From the NCBI GenBank assembly GCA_046497275.1, contig JAWOFX010000137.1:2642-34641 (forward strand): a DNA stretch of 32,000 nucleotides, written 5' to 3'. Positions 18,637 to 28,800 of the stretch are shown one piece after another. The notes beneath the pieces are model-generated. The model made no database searches and was not told where the DNA came from. It saw only the letters and a list, made by a program, of their open reading frames with translations. Position 1 is the stretch's first letter. Every line of letters starts with the position of its first letter. The position numbers and the translations under genes are program-made. Source of the stretch: Promethearchaeia archaeon (GTDB lineage Archaea > Asgardarchaeota > Lokiarchaeia > Sigyniarchaeales > SOKP01).

Positions 18637-18658
18637 AATAATTATTCGAATAATTATT
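18637..18658. promoter_or_regulatory. Perfect 22-bp palindrome in the divergent zinc-finger/carA1 intergenic region; candidate operator
   Basis: AATAATTATTCGAATAATTATT is its own reverse complement. Confidence 0.4.
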
Positions 18659-18886
18659 CAAATAATGAAAAAAGGAATGATATTTGATTTATAAATTTAC
18701 TTTTCATAAAATAGCATTTAAACTGAAATTCTTTTTACCAATATTATTCCTATTATCTATTATAATTTATAATATAATGAATTATAATGCAAAATCGGGC
18801 ATCTTATCGAGTTAATAAAAAAAATAATAAAAAATTATAGAAATAAATTACTAAAGAATTAAATAGATAAAAATAACACGGCTAAG

Positions 18887-20020
18887 ATGGAATATAAAGA
18901 TGAAAGACCTGCTATTTTAATGTTGAAAGATGGACGTTTTTTTGAAGGAATCGGTTTTGGTGCAACCAAAATTGTCACTGGAGAAATAGTATTTACCACT
19001 ATAACTGGAGCTGGATATAATGAAACCTTAACAGATCCATCTTATCAAGGGCAAATAGTTGTGATGACACATCCTTTAGTCGGTAATTATGGAGTACCCC
19101 CTTGGGAAAAAGATCAAAACGGATTGATTAAATTTTTTGAGTCTGAATCAATTAAGGTTGATGGTTTTGTAGTAAATGAATGTTGTAAACAACCACATCA
19201 TTATGAAAGTATAAAAACTTTAGATGAGTTCTTAAAAGAACAAAATATTCCTGGAATTGAGTGGATTGATACAAGAGCAATCACTAAAATATTAAGAGAA
19301 GAAGGTGTGCAAGTTGGATTGTTAGCGGTATATGATACAGGGGAAATTCCAAATATTGAATATTTGAAAGAAATAGTAAAGGAGTCGAAAGACCCAAACC
19401 TCCGCCATTTAACAAGCGAAGTATCTACTAAACAAGTTCAGAAATATGTTCCATCCAATCCCTCTGGTCGAGTTGTTATTTTAGATCTTGGGGTGAAGTA
19501 TAGTATCATTCGAAATATGCTTCAACGTAATTTCGAAGTTATTTTAGTTCCATATAATTATTCCTACTCCCAAATTATAGAATATGAGCCTGATGGTGTT
19601 TTGATTTCAAATGGACCTGGAGATCCAAAGCTTTATACGAATGCTATAAATGTATGCGAAAAACTTATTGAAAATGAAGTCCCCACTTTTGGAATATGTC
19701 TGGGAAATCAAATAATAGGATTGGCTGCTGGAGGAAACTCTTACAAACTTAAATATGGTCATAGAGGAGGAAATAAAACAGTTATTAATCCAAATAACCA
19801 GAAATGTTATATAACTTCTCAAAATCATGGATTTTGTATTCGAGATTTTAAGAAAGGAGGCTTTATCGAATTTCTTAAAAATATAGATGATAGTTCTAAT
19901 GAAGGAATAATTCATGAAAATAAGCCGATCTTGGGTGTCCAATTCCATCCAGAGGCATCGCCGGGACCCCTTGATTCAACATATCTTTTTGATAAATTTG
20001 TAAAAATTATGGGGTTTTAA
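18887..20020 (+). CDS. carA: Carbamoyl-phosphate synthetase small subunit, copy 1, glutaminase intact
   Basis: LTDPSY; SNGPGDP; GICLGNQ (Cys271); QNHG; QFHPEASPGP (His354). Confidence 0.97.
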   Translation: MEYKDERPAILMLKDGRFFEGIGFGATKIVTGEIVFTTITGAGYNETLTDPSYQGQIVVMTHPLVGNYGVPPWEKDQNGLIKFFESESIKVDGFVVNECCKQPHHYESIKTLDEFLKEQNIPGIEWIDTRAITKILREEGVQVGLLAVYDTGEIPNIEYLKEIVKESKDPNLRHLTSEVSTKQVQKYVPSNPSGRVVILDLGVKYSIIRNMLQRNFEVILVPYNYSYSQIIEYEPDGVLISNGPGDPKLYTNAINVCEKLIENEVPTFGICLGNQIIGLAAGGNSYKLKYGHRGGNKTVINPNNQKCYITSQNHGFCIRDFKKGGFIEFLKNIDDSSNEGIIHENKPILGVQFHPEASPGPLDSTYLFDKFVKIMGF

Positions 20021-20021
20021 C

Positions 20022-23000
20022 ATGCCATTAGATACAACTATTAAGAAAGCACTAATACTAGGTTCGGGTGGAATTCGTATAGGACAAGCTGGAGAATTTG
20101 ATTACTCTGGCTCTCAAGTATTGAAAGCACTTAAAGAAGAGGGTTTGGAAACCATTCTCATAAATCCAAATATCGCCACAATTCAGACGGATCCGGAACT
20201 TTCCGATAAAGTTTATCTTTTGCCTATTAATGTAAAATATGTTGAAGATGTTATAAAGAAGGAGAGACCAGAGGGGATATTATTAGCGTTTGGAGGACAA
20301 ACCGCTCTAAATGTAGGCGTTGAGCTTAAAGAACTAGGAATTTTAGAAAAGTATAATGTTCGTGTATTAGGAACTCCCATAGAAGCCATTCAAAAAACCG
20401 AAGACAGAGATTTATTTGTAAAAGCTATGGAAGAGTCTAAAGCGCCAGTCTGCAGAAGTAAAGCTGTTAGCAGTTATTCTGATGCCCTGAAAGTAGCAAA
20501 AGAATTTGGGTTTCCATTAATGATACGGGTTGCATATACTCTCGGAGGAAGGGGATCTGGAATAGCTAAGAATATGAAAGAATTTGAAAAAATGGCTCGA
20601 CGGGGAATCGCACAATCTCGTATTAATCAAATCTTAATTGAAGAGAGTGTGTGGGGATGGAAAGAAGTAGAATATGAGGTTGTAAGGGATTCTGTTGACA
20701 ATTGTTTTATCAATTGTAATATGGAAAATTTCGATCCCGTAGGTATACATACTGGAGAAAGTATAGTTGTTGCTCCTTCACAAACTCTCACTAATGAAGA
20801 ATATCATATGCTCCGTTCTGCGTCAATTCGTATAATTAGAAATTTAGGAATTATAGGAGAATGTAATATCCAGTATGCTTTAAACCCAAAATCAAAAGAA
20901 TTTCGAGTGATTGAAGTTAATGCAAGATTATCTCGATCTTCAGCATTAGCCTCTAAAGCTACAGGTTATCCTTTAGCATATATTGCTGCAAAACTCGCAA
21001 CTGGATATAATCTCCCCGAATTAAAAAACAAAATTACAGGTATCACAACAGCCTGTTTCGAACCTGCTTTAGATTATGTTGTATTAAAATTTCCTCGCTG
21101 GGATCTCACAAAATTTCAAAGAGTTGATAGACATCTTGGTAGCCAAATGAAAAGTGTGGGTGAAGTCATGGCTATAGGACGAACTTTTGAGGAAGTTCTT
21201 CAAAAGGCAATTAGAATGTTGGATATAGGAATGAAAGGTGTCGTTGCAAATGATTTAGAATCTATTGAGGACATTAATGAATTAAAATATAATCTCCAAA
21301 ACCCAACTGATCTTCGGGTTTTCCGCATAGTTGAAGCCATTAAACGAGGAATCAGTATTGATGAAATTTATCAAATTTCGAGAGTAGATAAATGGTTTCT
21401 ATATAAAATTAATAATATTATTGAAATTGAGACTAGTCTTAAGTCATTAAAACTATTAGAATCAAGTGATAAAGAAAAATGTTATATTCTGAAGCATGCG
21501 AAGAGATTTGGCTTTTCAGATGGACAAATAGGAAAGATTTTGGGAGTAGATTCAATAAAAGTAAGAAATCTACGAAAAAAATATAATATTGAACCATATG
21601 TTAAAAGAATTGATACTTTAGCAGCCGAATGGCCAGCCATTACAAATTACTTATACTTAACTTATGGTGCTTCAGAACATGATATCAATTTTGAAGAGGA
21701 ACAAAAGAAAAATTTAAAGAAAATAATCGTTCTTGGAAGTGGAACCTATCGTATCGGTGCTAGTGTTGAATTCGACTGGGGATCGGTTAATTGTCTTTGG
21801 GGATTGAAGAAACAAGGAATTGATCAAGCAATTATCATTAATTACAATCCAGAAACAGTCTCAACAGATTTTGATATTTCTGATAAACTCTATTTTGAAG
21901 AACTTTCTGGTGAGCGTGTTTTAGATATTGCAGAACTAGAGATGGCCGATGGAGTAGTAGTGTCGGTTGGTGGACAAATTGCTAATAATCTTGCAGCTAA
22001 ATTTTCAAAATACAGTGAATTTTTCAGGAGAACAGGCATTAATATATTAGGAACACATGGATCTCGTATAGACATGGCGGAAGACAGAAGCAAGTTTAGC
22101 ACACTATTGGATCAACTCGATATAAAACAACCTAAATGGAGAGCTTTAACAACCAAAAATGAAGCTTTAACGTTTGCAGATGAAGTTGAATATCCTGTTC
22201 TTGTACGCCCATCTTATGTCTTGAGTGGTGCTGCTATGCGAGTATGCTATGATGAGAAAACTTTAAGAGATACATTAGATCTTGCTGCTTCTGTTTCTAA
22301 GGAATATCCAGTAGTAATTTCAAAATTCTTTACAAATGCTCGAGAAGTGGAATGTGATGGTGTCTGTGATGGAAAAAACGTTTTTATCGGCGCAATTGTA
22401 GAACATATTGAAAATGCTGGGATACATTCTGGTGATGCGACTATGAGTATACCCCCTTTTACTATCCCTCAAAAGGTTATATCAATAATAAAAGACTATA
22501 CAAAACGAATTGCCTTAGCCTTGAAAATAAAAGGACCATTTAATGTACAGTATTTAGTAAAAAATGGAGATGTTTTTGTTATTGAATGTAATCTCCGTTC
22601 AAGTCGAAGCATGCCTTATGTTTCTAAGACACGAGGTATAAATTTAATGCGTTTAGCTGCAGAAGTTATCATGGGAAATGAAATCCCTGAAAGATTACTA
22701 CACTTACCATATGGAAATTATGTATCTATCAAAGCTCCCATGTTTTCCTTTATGCGTTTAGATAAAGCAGATCCTATATTAGGAGTGGAAATGGCGAGTA
22801 CTGGAGAAGTTGCTTGTTTTGGCGATGATTTTTCAGATGCTCTCATAAAAGCATTGGAGGCTACTGATCGGCAAATTCCTATACATGGAGGAAATGTCTT
22901 AATCTCTGTTGCGGGGGAGGAATTAAAAAAAAAAGTTATTCCTATAGCAAAAAAATTAAAAAAAATGGGGTTTACATTATTTGCGACAGAAGATACGGCT

Positions 23001-23333
23001 AAAGCTTTGAATAAAAACGAAATATATTCTGTTCGATTATATAAAATCCATGAATATGGACAAGAACCTAATATTATTGCTTGTTTACAAAATGGTGCCA
23101 TTGATTTAGTAATTAATATACCACTTCCTATACCTCAAGAGGAAAAATTCCGTCAAATCATTGAAGATGAATACACTATTAGAAGAATGGCAGTAGATTA
23201 TAACATACCAGTTATAATTAATATTGAATTAGCTGAAGCTTTAGTTAATGCTATAGAAAAAGTGCGGAGGAGAGATCTTACCATCAAATCTCTAAATGAA
23301 TATCATAAGACTTTAAAAGAAGTATATTGGTAA
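20022..23333 (+). CDS. carB: Carbamoyl-phosphate synthetase large subunit, copy 1
   Basis: IGQAGEFDYSG; HTGESIVVAP; IEVNARLSRSSALASKATG; RPSYVLSG; HSGDA; C-terminal MGS domain. Starts 1 nt after the carA1 stop. Confidence 0.98.
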   Translation: MPLDTTIKKALILGSGGIRIGQAGEFDYSGSQVLKALKEEGLETILINPNIATIQTDPELSDKVYLLPINVKYVEDVIKKERPEGILLAFGGQTALNVGVELKELGILEKYNVRVLGTPIEAIQKTEDRDLFVKAMEESKAPVCRSKAVSSYSDALKVAKEFGFPLMIRVAYTLGGRGSGIAKNMKEFEKMARRGIAQSRINQILIEESVWGWKEVEYEVVRDSVDNCFINCNMENFDPVGIHTGESIVVAPSQTLTNEEYHMLRSASIRIIRNLGIIGECNIQYALNPKSKEFRVIEVNARLSRSSALASKATGYPLAYIAAKLATGYNLPELKNKITGITTACFEPALDYVVLKFPRWDLTKFQRVDRHLGSQMKSVGEVMAIGRTFEEVLQKAIRMLDIGMKGVVANDLESIEDINELKYNLQNPTDLRVFRIVEAIKRGISIDEIYQISRVDKWFLYKINNIIEIETSLKSLKLLESSDKEKCYILKHAKRFGFSDGQIGKILGVDSIKVRNLRKKYNIEPYVKRIDTLAAEWPAITNYLYLTYGASEHDINFEEEQKKNLKKIIVLGSGTYRIGASVEFDWGSVNCLWGLKKQGIDQAIIINYNPETVSTDFDISDKLYFEELSGERVLDIAELEMADGVVVSVGGQIANNLAAKFSKYSEFFRRTGINILGTHGSRIDMAEDRSKFSTLLDQLDIKQPKWRALTTKNEALTFADEVEYPVLVRPSYVLSGAAMRVCYDEKTLRDTLDLAASVSKEYPVVISKFFTNAREVECDGVCDGKNVFIGAIVEHIENAGIHSGDATMSIPPFTIPQKVISIIKDYTKRIALALKIKGPFNVQYLVKNGDVFVIECNLRSSRSMPYVSKTRGINLMRLAAEVIMGNEIPERLLHLPYGNYVSIKAPMFSFMRLDKADPILGVEMASTGEVACFGDDFSDALIKALEATDRQIPIHGGNVLISVAGEELKKKVIPIAKKLKKMGFTLFATEDTAKALNKNEIYSVRLYKIHEYGQEPNIIACLQNGAIDLVINIPLPIPQEEKFRQIIEDEYTIRRMAVDYNIPVIINIELAEALVNAIEKVRRRDLTIKSLNEYHKTLKEVYW

Positions 23334-23384
23334 TTATTCCTATTTTTTGAAAATAATTTTAGAATGAGTAGATAATCTTTGTTA

Positions 23385-24476
23385 TTAATAACCCTCTTCT
23401 AAATCTACAATATTTATATAATCCTTCTTCCCCTCAACCATCCTAGCAATATTTTCAACAAGCTCATTCCATCTCAACAAGTCATTAAAAGGAGAATATC
23501 CTCTATGAGGGGAGAATATTATATTTTTTAAATCATGAAATGGATAATGATAAGGATATTTGTTGTTATTTTTGTCTGCGATGGGATTTTTTTCATACCA
23601 AACATCGACACATGCTCCCAAAATTAATTTATTTTTTAGTGCAAAATAGAGATCCTTTTCATTTATGATTTCACCTCTCGAAACATTCACTATTATTCCT
23701 TTATCTCCTAATGAGGTTAATTCTTTTTTAGTAATCATATTTATTGTTAATTTAGTCACTGGAATTGCGATTATAAGTATTTCACTTTCTTTTAAAAAGT
23801 CTTCAATATTTGGGTATGAAAACTTTTTTACAGGAGTTGGTAATGATTTACTTTTATGAGACCAATCTTTTCGAAAAACGGAAAATTCTATATCAAACCC
23901 AGCAAGAAAATTGTGAACTTTTTGGTTTATAGCTCCATAACCAAGCAGTCCTATGTTTTTGAATCTTAGAGGGATTGAAGCAGCTTCTTTATCTCCAGTT
24001 CTCCACTTCCCTTCTTTCATCCAGAGATGATGTGGAATAATTTTACTCATAAATGTAAGAAGAAGCGAAACGGCATGTTGAGCGACAAAATATGAATTTC
24101 CATGACCATTAGCAAGCAAGACATTCCGATTTTGATTAATTTTTTTAAAATTATCGATAATATGATTGACTCCAGTTCCGGGTACTATAAAAAGTTTTAA
24201 TCTTTTAGCGTTTTCAAGTAATTCCATACTAGGACGCCAACCTACAATGATATCCGCTTCTTTGGAAATCTTTAATATCTCCTCTTCCGTAAAATTATCT
24301 GGAAAAATTAGATTTAATCTCTTGAATCTTTTTAAATTATTTGAAATGTATGATTCGACTTCCTTTGGTAATTTAGAAAGAAATAAAACATTAATTTCAA
24401 AATTAGGATTTGATAATTGATTTTTATGAAGACTCATGATATATTCCAACCTATGAAACTTTAAATAAATATTCAT
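23385..24476 (-). CDS. D-isomer-specific 2-hydroxyacid dehydrogenase (start may be Met14 at 24437)
   Basis: GTGVNHI; GLLGYGAI Rossmann motif; VNVSRG; DVW; SPH. Confidence 0.9.
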   Translation of the reverse strand: MNIYLKFHRLEYIMSLHKNQLSNPNFEINVLFLSKLPKEVESYISNNLKRFKRLNLIFPDNFTEEEILKISKEADIIVGWRPSMELLENAKRLKLFIVPGTGVNHIIDNFKKINQNRNVLLANGHGNSYFVAQHAVSLLLTFMSKIIPHHLWMKEGKWRTGDKEAASIPLRFKNIGLLGYGAINQKVHNFLAGFDIEFSVFRKDWSHKSKSLPTPVKKFSYPNIEDFLKESEILIIAIPVTKLTINMITKKELTSLGDKGIIVNVSRGEIINEKDLYFALKNKLILGACVDVWYEKNPIADKNNNKYPYHYPFHDLKNIIFSPHRGYSPFNDLLRWNELVENIARMVEGKKDYINIVDLEEGY

Positions 24477-24684
24477 TAAAATCTTTGATTTCTATTGGGA
24501 GGTTTTTTATTAGAGGCGATCCCTTTCTTTATTTAGTGGTTTGGATGATAAAAGCATTAAGGGGAACATAAAAATCTTTTTTTAAATTTTTTATTATAAT
24601 CTTATTTAGCCCTTACTAGAATTTGTAAGATAATTTAATTAATTATTTTTGATTATAATTAAGAAAAAAATAAGAGCGTCTTAA

Positions 24685-25818
24685 ATGATTTATAAGACAG
24701 AAAATCCCGCTATTTTAATGTTGGAAGACGGTTCGTATTATGAAGGTATAGGTATAGGAGCTATGAAAAAGATTATTGGTGAATTGACTTTTTCCACTAT
24801 TCCAGGTTCTGGTTATATTGAATCTTTAACAGATTCTGCCTATATGGATGAGATATTACTATTTACTTATCCATCGATCGGAAATTATGGTGTTCCACAA
24901 AAAGAAAGAGACAATTATGGCATTCTTAAACATTTTGAATCTGAATCCATAAAGGTCAAAGGAGTGGTTATGAATGAATATTGTAAAAATCCAAGTCATT
25001 ATGAAAGTATAAGGACCTTAGAAGAGTGGCTTTTAGAAGAAAATATTCCCGCCATCCAATGGATTGACACAAGACTCCTTACTCAAAAACTGGTTGAGGA
25101 AACACAAGCTTTTGCATTATTACAAGTCTTAGATCACCAAAAACAACCTGATTTAAAGAAATTAAGATTAGAACTACAAAATTTTTCAGCTCAAGCAGAT
25201 AAATTCCCTGTGTCTAAGGTGTCAACTGACAATATTCAAAAATACTCACCTACGGATCCAATTGGGAAAGTTGTGATATTAGATCTAGGAACTAAAAATA
25301 ATATAATAAGAACTCTAATATCAAAAGAACTTGAAGTAATAAAAGTCCCATATTTATACAATTTTGATAAGATTATGGAATTAAATCCAGATGGAGTTAT
25401 TCTTCCGAATGGACCAGGGGATCCTAAAATATTAAATGCTCCAATAAACTTAACTAGAGAATTAATAGACCATAATATTCCAACAATGGGTATTGGATTA
25501 GGTAATATGATTGTGGGACTAGCTGCGGATATGGAGGTATATAAAATGTCAGCAGACCATAGAGGGGGAAGAACAACTGTTGAATCATCGACAAATCATT
25601 GCTATATTACTTTTCAAAATCATGGATATTGTCTTAACTACAAAAAGTCCAAAAATTTTAATGAATTATATTTTGATAAAGATGATAAATCGAATGAGGG
25701 GCTGATTCATAAATCTAAACCTATTTTCTCCGTTGCTTTTAACCCAGAAGGAGCTCCTGGAGCACTCGATATCAAGGAAAAAACATTCAATCAATTTATT
25801 AATTTTATGGAGGTTTAG
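24685..25818 (+). CDS. carA: Carbamoyl-phosphate synthetase small subunit, copy 2, glutaminase catalytic residues absent
   Basis: Collinear 377-aa paralog of carA1, but with GIGLGNM in place of GICLGNQ, AFNPE in place of QFHPE, and LTDSAY in place of LTDPSY. Confidence 0.95.
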   Translation: MIYKTENPAILMLEDGSYYEGIGIGAMKKIIGELTFSTIPGSGYIESLTDSAYMDEILLFTYPSIGNYGVPQKERDNYGILKHFESESIKVKGVVMNEYCKNPSHYESIRTLEEWLLEENIPAIQWIDTRLLTQKLVEETQAFALLQVLDHQKQPDLKKLRLELQNFSAQADKFPVSKVSTDNIQKYSPTDPIGKVVILDLGTKNNIIRTLISKELEVIKVPYLYNFDKIMELNPDGVILPNGPGDPKILNAPINLTRELIDHNIPTMGIGLGNMIVGLAADMEVYKMSADHRGGRTTVESSTNHCYITFQNHGYCLNYKKSKNFNELYFDKDDKSNEGLIHKSKPIFSVAFNPEGAPGALDIKEKTFNQFINFMEV

Positions 25819-25820
25819 AA

Positions 25821-28800
25821 ATGCCTTTAGATAGATCTTTAAAGAAAATCTTAATTTTAGGTTCTGGAGCGGTGAGGATTGGGCAAGCTGGAGAATTTGA
25901 TTATAGTGGAAGCCAAGTCCTTAAAGCTCTAAATGAAGAGGATATAGAAACGATTTTAGTTAATCCCAATATTGCTACAATTCAAACAGATCCTCAAATG
26001 AGCTCAAAAGTATATTTACTGCCCATAAATATTAAATATGTTACAGAAATTATTAAAAAAGAAAGACCAGACGGCATATGTCTTTCATTTGGAGGGCAAA
26101 CTGGTCTAAATGTTGGAGTAGAACTTTATGAGGCAAGGATTCTTGATAAATATGGTGTTAGAGTGTTAGGGACCCCTATAGAAGCTATTCAAGATACGGA
26201 AGATCGCGATCTTTTTGTAAAAGCAATGAGTCGCGCAAATTGTCCGGTATGCAGAAATAGGGCTGTAAATTCATATGCTGAAGCAAAAAAGGTCGCGGAA
26301 GAGTTTGGTTTTCCTTTAATGTTAAGAGTTGCATATGTTTTAGGAGGTAAAGGATCGGGAATTATTCACGATTGGGATCAATTTGAAAGGATGGCAAAAA
26401 GAGGACTAGCGCAATCAAGAATTAATCAAATCTTAATTGAAGAAAGTGTGTGGGGGTGGAAAGAAATCGAATTTGAAATTCTAAGAGATGCAGAAGACAA
26501 TTGTTTTATAAATTGCAGTATGGAAAATGTAGATCCCTGTGGAATTCATACGGGAGACTCGATTGTGGTCGCTCCTGCTCAAACCTTAACTGATGAAGAA
26601 CTGCAATTACTGCGAAGCGCTTCGATCAGAGCAACTAAAGAAGTAGGTGTCTGTGGAGAGTGTAATATTCAATGGGCATTGGATCCTTTTTCAAAAAAAT
26701 TTAGAGCGATTGAAATAAATGCCCGGTTATCAAGATCGTCTGCTCTCGCATCGAAAGCAACTGGATATCCTCTGGCTTATATAGCAGCTAAGATTGCTAT
26801 AGGATATACACTACCTGAATTAAAAAATCAAATAACTCTCAAAACTACAGCAAATTTCGAACCTGCTACAGATTATATGGTTATGAAATATCCACGATGG
26901 GATTTAACTAAATTTGAGAAAGTTGACAGAAGAATTGGCCCTCAAATGAAAGGGGTCGGGGAATGCATGAGTATTGGGAGAGGTTTTGAAGAGGTTTGTC
27001 AAAAGGCGCTTAGAATGCTTGATATCGGTTTAAAAGGCTTTGTAGCAAATGATTTAGATCCTATTGAAGATATTAATGAATTAAAGTATGAATTAAGAAA
27101 TCCTACAGATCTTAGATTTTTAAGAATTGCCGATGCGATGAAAAGAGGGATATCTATCGATGAAATTTATGATAGATCTCGTATTGATAAATGGTTTTTA
27201 TATAAATTAAAGAACATAATCGAAATTGAAAATGAACTAAAAAACTTGGATTTTCTGGAATCTTCTAATGAACAAAAGGAATATTATCTAACAAAAGCAA
27301 AAAGATATGGTTTTTCTGACGGTCAGATTGCTAAGATAGTTGGGGTAAACACTCCAATGATACGCAGGTTAAGGAAAAAATATAATATAATTCCATATGT
27401 AAAACAAATTGATACCTTAGCAGGGCAATGCATCCCAAAACGCCATTATCTTTATCTAACCTATTGGGGAAATAAGCACGATATCGATTTTGAAGAAGAA
27501 GAAAAAGAAGAAATAAAAAAGGTAATCGTTTTAGGAAGTGGAACTTACCGAATTGGGGCAAGTGTAGAATTTGACTGGGGATCTGTTAACTGCCTTTGGG
27601 GATTACAGAATCTGGGAGTAGATAAAGCAATTATTATTAATTATAATCCTGAAACAGTAAGTACTGATTATGATATTTCTGATCGCTTATATTTTGAAGA
27701 AATTTCTGGAGAGAGAGTATTAGATATTTGTGAATTTGAAAGTCCCTATGGCATTGTGCTTAATGCAGGTGGACAAATTGCTCAAAATCTTGCAGCAAAA
27801 TTTGCTAAATATTCAGAATTCTTCCGAAAAACAGGAATAAATATTTTAGGTACCCATGGCTCTCGCATTGATATGGCAGAAGATAGAGCAAAATTTAGTG
27901 CCTTACTAGATCATTTAAATATAAAACAACCGAAATGGAGAGCTCTAACTATTAAAAGCGAAGCTCTAAAATTTGCAGATGAGGTGGGTTATCCCGTGTT
28001 GGTAAGACCTTCTTATGTTCTCAGTGGAGCAGCCATGCGAGTATCTTATGATGAGAAGACATTAAGAGATACATTAGATTTAGCGGCTTCTGTCTCTCAA
28101 GAATATCCCGTCGTAATGACAAAATTTTTCACAAATTCTCGAGAAGTAGAATGTGATGGTGTTTGTGATGGAAAAAATGTTTTAATAGGAGCAATAGTAG
28201 AACATATCGAAAATGCTGGTGTTCATAGCGGAGATGCTACGATGACAATTCCACCTCAGACAGTTTCTAAAGAAATAAGAAAGCAAATTGAAGAATATAC
28301 TAGAAAAATTGCTCTTGCCCTCAAAATTATAGGTCCATTCAATGTGCAATTCTTAGTAAAAAATGGAGATGTTTTTGTAATTGAATGTAATCTTCGTTCA
28401 AGTCGAAGCATGCCTTATGTTTCAAAAACAAAAGGAATTAATCTGATGAAGCTGGCTGCTGAGGTGATTATGGGAAATAGTATACCTAAACGATTATTAA
28501 ATTTACCATGTGGTAATTTTGTGGCTGTTAAAGCTCCTATGTTCTCATTTATGCGTTTAGATAAAGCTGATCCTATTCTTGGCGTGGAAATGGCGAGTAC
28601 AGGGGAGGTTGCTGTTTTTGGAGAGGATCTACCTGATGCTCTACTAAAAGCATTGGAAGCAGCCGAACAGAGTATTCCTATTCATGGAGGAAATGTTCTA
28701 ATCTCAGTTGCAGGAGAAGAATTGAAAAGAAAAATGATTCCTATCGCAAAAAAGTTAAAAAAAATGGGATTTACGTTGTTTGCTACTGAAGATACAGCTG

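Noticed and set aside
20018-20024. carA-carB fusion by readthrough, as in CAD/CPS1
   Set aside because: Gaps of 1 nt (copy 1) and 2 nt (copy 2) put carB out of frame, no slippery signal was seen, and each carB has its own ATG.
24685-25818. carA2 as a pseudogene
   Set aside because: Full-length ORF with no frameshift or stop, tight coupling to an intact carB2, and retained structural motifs (GNYG, NGPGDP, QNHG, SNEG).
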